Shown here: positions 35,981-50,329 of the stretch, one piece after another
Layout: every line of letters starts with the position of its first letter
Numbering within the stretch: the stretch's first letter is position 1
NCBI RefSeq assembly: GCF_963921235.1
Contig: NC_086101.1
Location: 9,488,001-9,552,000, forward strand
Origin: Mobula hypostoma
Lineage: Eukaryota
Reading direction: 5' to 3'
Length of the DNA stretch: 64,000 nucleotides
Notes under the pieces: generated by a model
The model's database searches: none
What the model was told of the DNA's origin: nothing
The model's input: only the letters and a program-made list of their open reading frames with translations
Program-made: the position numbers and the translations under genes

Positions 35981-38900
35981 CCTGAAGAGAGATTTCCAGG
36001 AGTTAGGAAGGAAGCTGAGAAGCAGGACCTCCAGGGTAGTAATCTCGGGATTGCTACCTGTGACACGTACTAGTGAGGGCAAGAATAGTAGGATCAGGCA
36101 GGTGAATGTATGGCTAAGAGACTGGTGCAGGGGGCAGGGCTTCAGTTGCTTGGATAATTGGGATCTCTTCTGGGGGAAGAATGACCTGTTCAAAAAGGAC
36201 AGATTACACCTGAACCCGAAGGGGACCAATATCCTGGTGGGAAAGTTTAATGGAGCTGTTAGGGAGGGTTTAAACTAATTTGGCAGGGGGATGGGAACCG
36301 GAATGACAGAGCAGAGGAAGGGGAAATCTAAGATAGTGAGCAGGAAAGACAGGCAGGTGATGGGCAAATTTGTAGCCATTGGGATGAGTTGCAGTGCAGT
36401 AAAGTTGCAGTGAAATCAAAGCGAAAAGTACCAAATACTGGTCTTAAGGTGTTATACTTAAATGCACGCAGCATAAGGAATAAGGTGGATGATCTTGTTG
36501 TACAGCTACAGATTGGCAGGTATGATATTGTGGCCATCACTGAGACATGGCTAAAGGATGCATGTCTCTGGGAGCTGAACATCCGAGGATACATGGTGTA
36601 TCAGAAGGACAGGAAGGGAGGCAGAGGGGAAGGCGTGGCTTTATTGGTAAGAAATGATATTAAATCATTAGAAAGAGGTGATATAGGATCGGAAGGTGCA
36701 GAATCTTTATGGGTTGAGCTGAGAAGTTGCAGGGGTAAGAGGACCCTGATGGCAGTTATTTATAAGCCTCCAAACAGCTGCAGGGATGTGGACTACAAAT
36801 TACAACAGGAAATGGAAAAGGCTTGTCAGAAGGGCAGTGTTGTGATAATTGTGGGGGATTTTAACATGCGAGTGGATTGGGAAAATCAGGTCGGCACTGG
36901 ATCTCAAGAGAGAGAATTTGTAGAATGTCTGCGAGATGGCTTTTTAGAACAGCTTGTTGTTGAGCCCACTAGGGGATCGGCTGTACTGGATTGGGTATTG
37001 TGTAATGAACCGGAGGTGATTAGAGAGATTGAGGTGAAGGAACCCTTAGGAGGCAGTGATCATAACATAATTGAGTTCACTGTGAAATTTGAAGAAGAGA
37101 AGCTGAAATCTGATGTGTCGGTATTTCAGTGGAGTAAAGGAAATTACAGTGGCATGAGAGAGGAACTGGCCAAAGTTGACTGGAAAGGGACACTGGCGGG
37201 AAAGACAGCAGAGCAGCAGTGGCTGGAGTTTATGCGAGAAGTGAGGAAGGTGCAGGACAGGTATATTCCAAAAAGGAATAAATTTTCGACTGGAAAAAGG
37301 ATGCAACCGTGGTTGACAAGAGAAGTCAAAGCCAAAGTTAAAGCAAAGCAGAGGGCATACAAGGAAGCAAAAATTCGTGGGAAGACAGAGGATTGGGAAG
37401 TTTTTAAAACCTTACAAAAGGAAACCAAGAAGGTCATTAAGAGAGAAAAGATTAGCCATGAAAGGAAGCTAGCAAATAATATCAAAGAGGATACTAAAAG
37501 CTTTTCCAAGTATATAAAGAGTAAAAGACAGGTGAGAGTAGATTTGGACCGATAGAAAATGATGCTGGAGAAATTGTCATGGGAGATAAGGAGATGGCAG
37601 AGGAACTGAACGAGTATTTTGCATCAGTCTTCACTGAGGAAGACATCAGCAGTATACCGGACACTCAAGGGTGGCAGGGAAGAGAAATGTGCGCAGTCGC
37701 AATTACGACAGAAAAAGTACTCAGGAAGCTGAATAGTCTAAAGGTAGATATATCTCCTGGACCAGATGGAATGCACCCTCGTGTTCTGAAGAAAGTAGCT
37801 GTGGAGATTGCGGAGGCATTAGCGATAATCTTTCAAAAGTCGATACACTCTGGCATGGTTCCGGAGGACTGGAAGATTGCAAATGTCACTCCACTATTTA
37901 TGAAGGGGGCAAGGAAGCAAAAAGGAAATTATAGACCTGTTAGCTTGACATTGGTGGTAGGGAAGTTGTTGGAGTCGATCGTCAAGGATGAGGTTACAGA
38001 GTACCTGGAGGCATATGACAAGATAGGCAGAACTCAGCATAGATTCCTTAAAGGAAAATCCTGCCTGACAAACCTATTACAATTTTTTGAGGAAATTACC
38101 AGTAGGTTAGACAAGGGAGATGCAGTGGATGTTGTATATTTGGATTTTCCAAAGGCCTTTGACAAGGTGCCACACATGAGGCTACTTAACAAGATAAGAG
38201 CCCATGGAATTACAGGAAAGTTACATACTTGGATAGAGCGTTGGCTGATTGGCAGGAAACAGAAAGTGGGAATAAAGGGATCCTATTCTGGTTGACTGCC
38301 GGTTACCAGTGGTGTTCCACCAGGTCCGTGTTGGGGCCGCTTCTTTTTACATTGTACATCGACGATTTGGATTATGAAATCGATGGCTTTGTGGTTAAGT
38401 TTGCTGACGATACGAAGATAGGTGGAGGGGCCGGTAGTGCTGAGGAAACGGAGAGTCTGCAGAGAGACTTGGATAGATTGGAAGAATGGGCAGGGAAGTG
38501 GCAAATGTTGGAATGTTGGAAAGTGCATGGCTATGCACTTTGGCAGAAAAAATAAATGGGCAGACTATTATTTAAATGGGGAAGGAATTCAAAGTTCAGA
38601 GATGCAACGGGACTTGGGAGTTCTCGTACAGGGTACCCTTAAAGTTAACCTCCAGGTTGAATCAGTAGTGAAGAACGCGAATGCAATGTTGGCATTCATT
38701 TCTAGAGGAATAGAGTATAGGAGCAGGGATGTGATGCTGAGGCTCTATAAAGTGCTGGTGAAACCTCACTTGGAGTACTGTGGGCAATGTTGGACTCCTT
38801 ATTTAAGAAAGGATGTGCTGACATTGGAGAGGGTACAGAGAAGATTCACGAGAATGATTCCGTGAATGAGAGGGTTAACATATGAGGAACATTTGTCCGC

Positions 38901-39326
38901 TCTTGGATTTTATTCCTTTGAGTTTAGAAGAATGAGGGGAGACCTCATAGAAATATTTTGAATGCTGAAAGGCATGGACAAAGTGGATGTGGCAAAGTTG
39001 TTTCCCATGATGGGGGAGTCTAGTACGAGAGGGCATGACTTAAGGATTGAAGGGCGCCCATTCAGAACAGAAATGCGAAGAAATTTTTTTCGTCAGAGGG
39101 TGGTGAATCTATGGAATTTGTTGCCATGGGCAGCAGTGAAGGCCAAGTCATTGGGTGTATTTAAGGCAGAGATTGATTCGTATCTGAGTAGCCAAGGCAT
39201 CAAAGGTTATGGTGAGAAGGCGGGTGAGTGGGACTAAATGGGAGAATGGATCAGATCATGATAGAATGGCGGAGCAGACTCCATGGGCCGAATGGCCGGC
39301 TTCTGCTCCTTTGTCTTATGGTCTTA
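35981..39326 (+). mobile_element. Near-complete CR1 LINE: ORF1 C-terminus (SGNH/esterase-like) + ORF2 APE-RT with several frameshifts and stops
   Basis: RVVISGLLPV...LFKKDRLHLN; YLNARSIRNK, AITETWL, VGDFN, GSDH (APE); NYRPVSLT, DFPKAFDKVPH, KFADD (RT); tail tcttatggtctta. Confidence 0.93.
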
Positions 39327-40286
39327 TTCTCCAGAATTATCTAAGTCCTTCTGTAGCTTCTCTACTTCCTCGAAAGTACCTGCCCTTCCACCTATCTTCA
39401 TATCGCCTGTAAACTCTTTAACAAAGCCATTAATTCTATCATTCAAATAATTGACATACAATGTATAAAGAATCAGTCCCAACACAGACCCCTGTGGAAT
39501 ACCACTAGCCACTGGCAGCCAGCCAGAAAAGGCTCCATTTATTCCCACTCTTTGCCTCCTGCCAATCAGCCACTGCTTTGTCCATACTGGGATCTTTCCT
39601 GTAATACCGTGGGCTCGTAGCTTGTTAAGTAGCCTCATGTGTGGCACCTTGTCAAAGACTTTCTGAAAATCCAAGTACACAACATCAATGATTCTTCTTT
39701 GTTTATCTGGCTTGTTATTTCTTCAAAGAATTCCAACAGATTTGTCAGGCAAGATTTTTCCGTGAGTAAACCATGCTGACTACGGCCTATTTTATCCTGC
39801 GCCTCCAAGTACCCTGACAACTCCTCCTCAATAATCACCTTCAACATCTTCCCAGCCACTGAGGTCAGACTAACTGGCCCAGAGTTTCCTTTATTCTGCC
39901 TCTCTCTTCTTGAACAGTGGAGAGACATTTAGAACTTTCCAGCCTTCCAGAACCATTCAAGAATCTGGTGATTCTTGAAGGATCATTACTAATGCCTCCA
40001 CGATCTCTTCAGCCAACTCTTTCAGAACTCTGGCATGTTCACCATCTAGTCCAGGTGACAGCTACCTTAATATCTTTCAGTTTCCCACGAACCTGTTCTC
40101 TGGTAATGCGAACTTCACGCACGGCATGCCACCTGACACCTGTAACTTTCACCATACTGCTCGTCTCTTCCACAGTGAAGACTGATGCAAAATACGTCTT
40201 CAGTTCATCCACCCCTTCATTGTCCCCCATTACTACCTCCCCAACATTGTTTTCCAGCAGTCTGATATCCACTCTTGCCTCCCTCT

Positions 40287-43200
40287 AATCCAGAAAATAG
40301 CGTCTCCCAGGTACTAATTTCTAGATTGCCCCTGATGCCACGTGCCAGTGAGGGTAGAAACGGGATGATTTGGCAGATAAATGTGTGGCTGAGAAGCTGG
40401 TGCAGGGGGCAGGGCTTCAGGTTCTTGGATCACTGGGATCTCTTCTGGGGGAGGTATGACCTGTTCAAAAGTGATGGGTTGCACCTGAACCGAGGGGAAC
40501 CAATATTCTCGCGGGCAGGTTTGTTAGAGCTGTTGGGGACGGTTTAAACTAATGTGGTAGCTGGGTGGGAACCGAAGTGAAGGGACTCAGGATAGGACGG
40601 ATAGTGAAAAATAAAGATAGCGTGCAGTCAGACTGTCAGGAAGGGCAGGCATGTGATGGGCCTCAGTTGCAGCCAACAGGCTGAGTATCAAAACATTAGG
40701 GATGCAGAATCAGAAAGGACAGCAAATACGGTACTCAAGGTGATGTATCTAAATGCACGTAGTGTAAGAAGTAAAGTGGATGATCTTGTTGCATGATTAC
40801 AAATTGCCAGGTAGAATTTTGTAGCCATCACTGAATTGTGGTTGAAGGATGGTTGTAGTTGGGAGCTGAATATCCAAGGTTACACATTATATCGGAGTGA
40901 TAGGAAGGTAGGCAGAGGGGGTGGTGTGGCTCTACTGGTAAAGAATGACATCAAATCAGTAGAAGAATGTGACATAGGATCGGAAGATGTTGAATACTTG
41001 TGGGTTGAGTTAAGAAACTGCAAGGATAAAAAGACGTTGATGGCAGTTATATACAGGCCTCCCAACAGAGCTGGGAGTTGGAACACAGATTACAACAGGA
41101 AATAGAACAGGCATGTCAAAAGGGCAATGTTATGGTAGTGATGGGAGATTTTAACATGCAGGTCGATTGGGAAAATCAGGTTGGTAATGGATCTCAAGAG
41201 AGTGAGTTTGTTGAATGCCTAAGAGATGGCATTTAAATCAGTTTGCATTGATCTACCAGGGGATGAGCTATACTGGACTGGCTGTTATGTAAAGATCCGG
41301 AGGCAGTTAGGGAGCTGAAGGTAAAAGAACCCTTCGGAATCAGAGATCACAGTATGATTGAGTTCAACTTGTAACTGGATAGGGAGAAAGTAAAGGCTGA
41401 TGTAGCAGTATTTCAGTGGAGTAAGGGAAATTACAGTGGTATGAGAGGAGTTGGCCAAAGTAATTTGGAAAGAGCTGCTGGCAGGGATGTCAGCAGAGCA
41501 GCAATGGTGTGTGTTTCTAGGAAAAATGAGGAAGGTGCAGGACACGAGTATTTCTTCATTTCTTCCAAAACTGAAGAAATACTCAAATGGTAAAATAGTA
41601 CAACCATGGCTGACAAGGGAAGTCCAAGCTATTGTAAAAGCAAAAGAAAGAGCAGACAACAAACAAAAAATTAGTGGGATGATAGCGGATTGGGAAGTTT
41701 TTAAAAACCTACAGAGAGCAACTAAAAAAATCATTGGAAGGGAAAAAAATGAAATATGAAAGCAAGCTAGCAAATAATATCAAAGTAGACGGTAAAAGTT
41801 TTTTCAAGTGTGTTAAAAATAACAGAGAAATGAGAGTGGATATAGGACCGCTAGAAAATGAGGCAGGAGAAATAATAACAGGGGACAAGGAGACGGCTGA
41901 TGAACAAAATGAGTATTTGCATCAGGCTGCACTGTGGAAGACACTGGCAGTGTGCCTGATGTTGTAGTGTGTGAAGGAAGAGAAGTTGGTGAAATTACTG
42001 TTACAAGAGAGAAGGTGCTCAAAAAGCTGAAAGACCTAAAGGTTCATAAGTCACCCAGACCAGAGGAACTGCACCCTAGGGTTTTGAAAGAGGTCGCATT
42101 AGAGATTGTGGTGGCATTAGAAATGACCTTTCAAAAATGATCGGACTCTGGCATGGTGTCAGAGGACTGGAAATTTGCAAATGTCACTCCACTCTTTAAG
42201 AAAGGAGGAAGGCAGCAGAAAGGAAATTATAGACCAATTAGCCTGACTTCAGTAGCTGGGAAGATGTTTGAGTCAATTGTTAAGGATAAGGTGATGGAGT
42301 ACATGGTGACACAGGACGAGATAGTACAAAGTCAGCATGGTTTCCTTCAGGGAAACTCCTGCCTGACGAACATGTTGGAATTCTTTGAGGAGATTACAAG
42401 TAGGATAGACAAAGGGGCTGCAGTGGATGTTGTGTATCTGGACATTCAGAAGGCCTTTGACAAGGTCCCACACAAAAGGCTGCTTACCGAGTTAGAACCC
42501 ATGTTATACAGGAAAGATACTGGCATGGTTACAGCATTGACTGATTGGAAGGAGGCAGCAAGAGGGAACCAAAGGATCATTTTCTGGTTGGCTGTCAGTG
42601 ACTTGTGGTGTTCGGCAGGGGTCAGTGTTGGGACCACTTCTTTTTATGCTGTATATTAATGATTTAGATGATGGAATAGATGGGTTTTTTGCCAAGTTTG
42701 CAGATGATACGAAGATTGGTGGATGGGCAGGTCGCTTTGAGGAAACAGGTAGGATGCAGAAGGACTTAGACACATTAAGAGTATGGGCAAGAAAGTGGCA
42801 AATGAAATACAATGTTGGAAAATGTATGGTCATGCACATTGCTAGTAGAAATAAATGTGCAGACTATTTTCTAAATGGGATCTGATATCTAAATCTGAGA
42901 TGCACAGGGACTTGGGAGTCCTTGTGCAGAACACCCTAAAGGTTAACTTGCAGCTTGAGTCGGTAGTGAGGAAGGCAAATGCCATGTTAGCATTCATTTC
43001 AAGAGGTCTAGAATACAAGAGCAAGGATGTGATGCTGAGGCTTTAAAAGTCACTGGTGAGGCCTCACCTTGAATATTGTGAAGAGTTTTGGGCTCCTCAT
43101 CTGAGGAAGATGTGCTGGCATTGGAGAGGTTCCAGAGGAGGTTCACAAGGATAATTCCAGGAATGAAAGGGTTATCATACAAGGAACATTTCATGGCTCT

Positions 43201-43627
43201 GTGTCTGTACTCGCTGAAATTCAGAAGGATGAGGGGGGGATCTCATTGAAACCTTTCAAATGTGGAAACGCCGAGACAGAGTAGATGTGGAAAGGATGTT
43301 TCCCACGGTGGGAGAGTCCAGGACAAAAGGGCACAGCCTCAGGATAGAGGGGCGCCCTTTCAAAGCAGAGATGAGGAGAAATTTCTTTAGCCAAAGGGTA
43401 GAGAGTTTGTTAAATTTGTTGCCACATGCAGCTGTGGAGGACAGGTCGTTGGGTGTATTTAAGGCAGAGATTGATAAGTTCTTGAATGGACATGGTTTTA
43501 AAGATTACGGGGAGAAGGATGGAAACTGGGCTTGAGGAGGAAATAAAAAATAGGATCAGCCATGACTGAATGGTGAAGCAGAGTCGATGGGCAGATGGCC
43601 TAATTCTGCTCCTGTGTCTTATGGTCT
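40287..43627 (+). mobile_element. Second near-complete CR1 LINE, more decayed
   Basis: ORF1 end (WLRSWCRGQGFRFLDHWDLFWG...DGLHLN), then APE and RT motifs in fragmented ORFs 40836-43535. Confidence 0.9.
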
Positions 43628-43861
43628 TTTAAACTTTATGTATCTGAAGAAAATTTGTTGCCTTTTTAATATTATTGGCTAACTTAGTTTTGTAATCCCT
43701 CTTTACCCTAATTACTTTTTTAGTTGCCTTTTGAAAGCTTCCCAATCCTCTGACTTTCCACTACTCTTTGCTCTGTTTTATGCCCTCTCTTTGGCTTTTA
43801 TGTTGGCTTTGACTTCTCTTGTTAGCCACATCTTGCCTTTAGAGTACTTCTTCTGTGGGAT

Positions 43862-46650
43862 GTAGAAACAAAAAGACATAGAAAACCTACAGCACAATAC
43901 AAACCCTTTGGCCCACAAAGCTGTGCCAAACATGTCCTTACCTGAGAATTTACCTGGGGTTACACAAAGCCCTCTATTTTTCTAAGATTCATGTACCTAT
44001 CCAGGAGGCTCTTAAACGACCCGATCATATCTGCCTCCACCACCGTCACTGGCAACCCATTCCACGCACTCACCACACTCTGTGTTTAAAAAAAACTTAC
44101 TCTTGACATCTCCTCTGTACCTACTTCCAAGCAGCTTAAAACTGTGCCCTCTTATGTTAGCCATTTCAGCCCCGGGAAAAAGCCTCTGACTATCCACACG
44201 ATCAATACCTCTCATCATCTTATGCACCTCTATCAGGTCATTTCTCATCGTTCGTCGCTCCAAGGAAAAAAGGCTAAGTTCACTCAACCTATTCTCATAA
44301 GGCATGCTTCCCAATCCAGGCAGCATCCTTGTGAATATCCTCGCCATCCTTTGCATGGTTTCCACATCCTTCCTGTAGTGAGGTGACCGGAATTGAGCAC
44401 AGCACTCCAAGTGGGGTCTGACCAGGGTCCTATATTACTGCAACATTATCTCTTGGCTCCCAAACTCATTACCTCAATTGATGAAGGCCTATGCACTGCC
44501 TGCCTTCTTAACTACAGAGTCAACCTACGTAGCAGCTTTGAGTGTCCGATGGACTCCGACCCCAAGAACCCTCTGATCCTCCACACTGCCAAGAGTCCAA
44601 GTGTCATTAATACTATATTCTGCCATCATATTTGACCTGTCAGAATGAACCACCTTACAGTTATCTGGGTTGAACTCCATCTGCCTCTTCTCAGCCCAGT
44701 TTTGCATCCTATCAATTTCCCGCTGTAACCTCTGACAGCCCTCCACACTATCCACAACACCCCAACCTTTGTGTCATCAGCAAATTTACTAACCCATCCC
44801 TCCACTTCCTCCTCCAGGTCATTTATAAAAATCACGAAGAGTAGGGGTCCCAGAACAGATCCCTGAGGCACACCACTGCTCCCCGACCTCCATGCATAAT
44901 ATGACCAGTCTACAACCACTCTTTGCCTTCTGTGGGTAAGCCAGTTCTGGATCGACAAAGCAATGTCCCTTTGGATCCCATGCCTCCTTACTTTCTCAAA
45001 AAGCCTTGCATGGGGTATCTTGTCAAATGCCTTGCTGAAATCCATATACTTTTCTACCATCATCAATGTGTTTAGTCACATCCTCCAAAATTCAATCAGG
45101 CTTGTAAGGCACGACCTGCCTTTGACAAAGCCATGCTGACTATTCCTAATCATATTATGCCTCTCCAAATGTTCATAAATCCTGCCCCTCAGGATCTTCT
45201 CCTTCAACTTACTGACCACTGAAGTAAGACTCACTGGTCTATAATTTCCTGGGCTATCCCTACTCGCTTTCTTGAATAAGAGAAAAACATCCTCAACCCT
45301 CCAATCCTCCAGAAACTCTCCAGAGGTTCAGCAATCTCCTTCCTCGCTTCCCACAGTAGCCTGGGGTACATCTCGTCTGGTCCCAGTGACTTATCCAACT
45401 TGATACTTTCCAAAAGCTCCAGCACATCCTGTTTCTTAATATCTACATGATCAAGCTTTTCAGACCGCTGTAAACCATCCCTACAAACGCCAAGATCCTT
45501 TTCCATGGTGAATACTGAAGCCAAGTATTCATTAAGTACCTCTGCTATCTCGTGTGGTTCCATGTACACTTTTCCACTGTCACACTTGATTGATCCTATT
45601 CTCTCACATCTTATCCTCTTCACATATTTGTAGAATGCCTTGGGATTTTCCTTAATCCTGTCCTAACCCTATTTGTTTCCCTGAGAACATCTGTTTCCAA
45701 TTTATGCTTCCAAGTTCCTGCCTGATAGCCTCATATTTCCCCTTAGTCCAATTAAACGCTTTCCTAACTTGCCTGTTCCTATCCCTCTCCAATGCTATGG
45801 TAAAGGAGATAGAATTGTGATCACAGGAGCCCAATGATCCAAAAATGTTATGCCCTGCCTCCTACACCAACTCCTTAGTCACATATTAAACTGTATAATC
45901 TTGCTTGTTCTGGCCTCACCAGCACGTGGCACGGAGAGCAATCCTGAGATCACAACCCTGGAGGTCCTGCCCTTTAACTCAGCACCTAACGCCTTGAACT
46001 CCCTTTGCAGAACCTCGTCACTCATCCTACCCATGTCAGTGGTATCAATATGGAGCACGACTTCTGGCTGTTCACCCTCACACTTAAGAATGCTGAGGAC
46101 TCAGTCCGAGATATCCCAGACCCTGGCACACGGGAGGCAACATCCCATCTGGGAATCTCGTTCTCGCCCACAAAGCCTCCTGTCCTTTTCCCCAACTAAC
46201 AAATCCCCTGTCACCACAGCATCCCTCTTCTCCCCCTTCCCTTCTGAGTCACAGAGGCAGACTCAGTAGCCGGGACCCGACCACTGTGACCTTCCTCTGT
46301 TAGGTCATCCCCCCCGGACAGGATTGTTGAGGGGGATGTCCACAGGGGTACTATACACTGGCTCCCTCAACCCTTTCCCCTTCCTGACTGTCACCCAGTT
46401 TCCGTGTCCTGCACCTTGTTATAATTACCTCCCTGTACGTCCTGTCTCTCATCCCTTCAGCCTCCCGAATGATCCGGAGTTCACCCAGTTCCAGCTACAA
46501 CTCCTTAACGTGGTTTGTCAGAAGCTGCAGCTGGATGTACATCTCACAGTTGTAGTCCTCCGGGACACTGGAAGTCTCCCTGCCTTCCCACATCCCGCAA
46601 GAGGAGCATTTGTCTATCCTGCCTGGCATCTCTACTGTCCTGGCTGAGCA
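43862..46650 (-). mobile_element. CR1 LINE with ORF1 N-terminus and internal deletions
   Basis: MPGRIDKCSSCGMWEGRE (ORF1 zinc finger), [35 protein letters not shown]. Confidence 0.85.
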
Positions 46651-46734
46651 GATACAAAGAAGAGAAGGAAAAAAGAAGAGCTTTTCTTTCCTTTGCTTTC
46701 TCTTAACCAGGTGGTGAGTTTGAGCCCCAACCGA

Positions 46735-46940
46735 GGCAGTGTGTTGTGTCTTAATCACACAGTGCTCTGCGACGACACTGGTGCCAAGCTGTATGAGTCC
46801 TAATGCCCTTCCCTTGGACAACATCAGTGTCGTGGAGAGGGGAGACTTGCAGCATGGGCAACTGCTGGTCTTCCATACAACCTTGTCCAGGCCTGCGCCC
46901 TGGAGAGTGAAGACTTTCCAGGCACAGATCCATGGTCTCG
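46735..46940 (-). mobile_element. Short non-autonomous element, possibly Vingi/Ingi-related
   Basis: Minus strand cgagaccatggatctg...cagggcgcaggcctggacaaggttgtatgg...gttgcccatgctgcaagtctcccctctccacg recalls Vingi 5' regions; from memory only. Confidence 0.4.
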
Positions 46941-48199
46941 AAGCCTTGAAGAGCTGAAGCCTCAAGATCACCACTCTGACAATGTCCACTCAGACGATGG
47001 CTGTTGTGTTTGCCTGTCTTCCTTTAATTTGCTCTTCCTAATCAATCCCAGATGCCGATTGGTCACTGGTTGCCCTGCAGCTCCCTTAAAAAACTTCCCC
47101 CTCTCACCTTCCCTCTCTGCCCTCTGGTTTTGGACTCCCTGCTTATGGGAAAAAGACCATGAGCCTACACCTTACATCTGCCCCTTATGATTTTATATAC
47201 CTTGAAATGGGGTCACCCCTCAACATCCATCGCTCCAGGGAAATGTCCCCAGCTTATCCAGTATCTCCTTTTAACCCAAGCCCTCCGGCCATTGTTACAG
47301 CCTCCTGAAGCTTCCTGACCAGTGTAATGACATCTTCCCATAGTCGGGGAACCAGAAATGTCCACAATACTCCAAGTGTGGTCTATCATCAACATCAAAG
47401 GCCTTGGTGAAGTTCATGTGGACAATGTCTACCACCTTGTCCTGGTCAGTCCTCTCTGTCACCTCTTCAACAAACTGGAGTTTGTGAGCAGTGATTTTCC
47501 ATGCACAACAGCATGCTGACTGTCCCTGATCTGTCCTTGTCTTTCCAAATGCAGCAGGCAGGATGCAGGGAGGATGTTTCCCCTGTCTGAGGAGTCGAGG
47601 GTCAGGGGTCACTGTCTCAGGATGGGGTGGACCCTCAGAGGATGGTGTGACTGGAATTCTCTGCACCGGAGGCTGTGGGGTCTCAGTCATTCAGTTCATT
47701 TAAAGTCACAGAGTCATCGTTGTACAGTATCGAAATGGGCCCTTCGGCCCGTCACCTCTGTTCTGACCTATTTATGTCAGTCTCCTTCTGTGTCCTGTCC
47801 ATTAAAGTGTCTGGCTGAGTTTCTCGGAAACACAGTGATTGTATCTGATTCCATCACCTCCTCTGGCAGCAAGTTCCAACATCAACCACTGACTGTTCCA
47901 GTAAACTCACCTTTAAACTCCTTCCTCTCACCTGAGACATGTGACCTCTTGTATTTGATCCCCCCTCCTGTGGGAAGAAGATTTCAACCATCTGCTCAAT
48001 CTAACCCCTCGTTACCTTAAATGTTTCTGTCAGATCACCCCCCGCCACCAGTCCATTTACCTGCATTTTGCCTGTATCCTGCTAAACCTTCCCTGTCATC
48101 ATTTCTCAACTCCTCTTCTGTGCCAGTTCCACAGGGTCCTCAATTCCCCCGTGTTACAGAAAATGATCGACCTCATTTTCTACCACATTACAGAAGCGA

Positions 48200-49090
48200 A
48201 TGTGCTGCAGGTCCTGAAATGCATAAAGTTCGATATATCCCCAGGTCCTGATCAAGTGTATCCCAGGACTTTGTGGGAAGCTCAGGAGGAAGGTGTGGAG
48301 CCCATTTTGGAGATATGTGTGTCATCGATAGCTGTGGGTGAGGGGTCAGAAGACTGGAGGGAGACTAATGTTGAACATTTATTGAAGATCGGCTGTAGGG
48401 AAAAGCCTGGGAAGTACAGACCGGTGAGCCTAACGTCAGTGGAGGGAACATTAATGGAGGGAATTCTGAGAGACAGGATCTACATTCATTTGGAAAGGTG
48501 AGGACTAATCAGGGATACCCAGCTTGGTTCTCTGCATGGACAGTACAGTAGCATAGTGGCTAGCACAACGCTTTACAGTACCAGCGACCCGGGTTCATGT
48601 CCCATCACAGTCCAAACCCGTACCGGTTGGCAGGTTAATTGGTCATTGTAACTCGTCCCATGGTCAGACTCGGATTAAATCAGGGGTTGCTGGGTGGTGG
48701 GGGTCATTGTAACTTGTCCCATGGTCAGGCTCGGATTAAATCAGGGGTTTCTGGGTGGTGGGGGTCAAAGGGCCGGAAGGGCCTATTCCGTGTTGTATCT
48801 CAATAAATAAATTACAGCTGATGAAAGTGCAGTAGACATCGTCTCCATGGAGTTTAGCGAGGGATTTGACAAGGTAGCAGAGAGTTAGATCACATTGGAT
48901 ACAGTACGATCTGGAATAGGATACAGAATTGTCTGGGTGGAGTCCTGTGACCAGCGGTTGTGCTGCAGGGATCGGTGCTGGGTCCATTGTTTTTCATCAT
49001 TCATATGAATGATTTGGAGAGAATGTAGGTGACGTGTTTAGTAGGTTTGTGAAGGACTCTAAAATTGGTGGTTTCATGGACAGTGAAGAG
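48200..49090 (+). mobile_element. Old CR1 RT fragment
   Basis: SPGPDQVYPRTLWE...KYRPVSLTSVEG. Confidence 0.7.
48541..48810 (+). mobile_element. tRNA-derived SINE with internal ~61-bp tandem duplication
   Basis: A-box-like tagcatagtgg, B-box-like gggttcatgtcc; unit ggtcattgtaact...gggtggtggg repeated at about 48641 and 48702; CR1-type tail. Confidence 0.65.
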
Positions 49091-49249
49091 GTTATTTATT
49101 TATTTAGATACAGTGTGAAACAGACCATCCCAGACCAATGACCTGCTCCACCCAGCACCCCAACTATTTAAAACTAGCCTCATCACGAGGCAATGTACAA
49201 TGACCATTTAACCTACAAACCGTTATCTCTTTGTACGAGCGTCACAGAG

Positions 49250-50110
49250 TGATAGAAACTAACAACACAGGCCCTTCAGCCCACCTAGTCTATACTGAAA
49301 CATTTAAACTACCTGCTCCCATCGACCTGCACCGGGACCATCGTCCTCCAACTTCTACCATCCATGTACCTGTCCAAACTTCTCTAAAATGTTTAAATCG
49401 AGCTTGTATGGACCACTTGCATTGGCAGCTTGTTCACACTCTCACAACCTTCTGAATGAAACAGAGGGTTCCCCTTAAACTTTTCATCTTTCACCTTTAA
49501 CACATGACCTCTGGTTGTAATCCCACCCAACCTCCGTGGAAGAAGCCTGCTTGCAGTCACCCTATCCATACCCTCATAATTTTGTATACCTCTATTAAAT
49601 CTCTCCTCAGTCTTCTATGTTACAGGAATAAAGTCCTGAACTATTCAATCTTTCCTTATGTCTCAGGTCCTGCAGTCCTAGCTACATCCCTGTAAATTTT
49701 CTCTGTACTGTTTCAATCTTGTTTACATCTTTCCTGTAGGTAGGTGACCAAAACTGTACACAATATCGCAAATTAGGCCTCACCAGGTCTCATACAACTT
49801 CAACATAACATCCCATCTCCTGTATTCAATACTTTGATTTATGAAGCCCAATGTGACAAAAGCTTTTTTTTAACATTATCTACCTGTGACACCACTTTCG
49901 ATGCACTATGGCCCTGTGTTCCCAGATCTGCTGTGGAACAGAGTCCTCAGTGCCCGACCATTCACTGTGTAAGACCTACACTGGGGTCCTACAGAAGTGC
50001 AACAGCTCACACTTGTCTGCATTAAACTCCAGCTGACACTTTTCAGCCCATTTTTCCAGCTGCTCCAGATCCCACTGCAAGTAATGATGGTCTTCCTCAC
50101 TGTCCACTCC
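49250..50110 (-). mobile_element. CR1 3' part
   Basis: LQWDLEQLEKWAEKCQLEFNADKCELLHF on the minus strand. Confidence 0.75.
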
Positions 50111-50329
50111 TCCCCAATCTGAGGGATGAATCGCAAGCACCCAGAGGAAAAGCACGAGGTCTCGGGGAGACCATACAAACTCCTTACAGATGGTGTCGCA
50201 ATTGAATTCTGAACTCCAGAATGCCCCATGGTGAAACAGTTTTGTGTTATTCACTGCATAACCCTGTTGCTTATGCTTTGTCCAAGATTACAATGAGATC
50301 TCGATTAATTGGGTCTCTGGGCCATTGGA

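Larger units (their letters stand above)
35136..43860 (-). mobile_element. Host CR1 LINE in three pieces (about 35136-35982, 39324-40286, 43628-43860)
   Basis: Pieces are colinear across the two inserted + strand CR1s (ctttgcc|tattctcc; cttgcctccctct|tttaaactttatg). Confidence 0.75.

Noticed and set aside
36389..37555. Longest ORF (388 aa) as a host endonuclease gene
   Set aside because: It is the APE domain of CR1 ORF2; it frameshifts into the RT and sits within a LINE with its tail
48641..48763. Tandem ~61-bp repeat as a CRISPR-like or functional array
   Set aside because: Only two adjacent units, no spacers, inside a SINE in a eukaryotic genome
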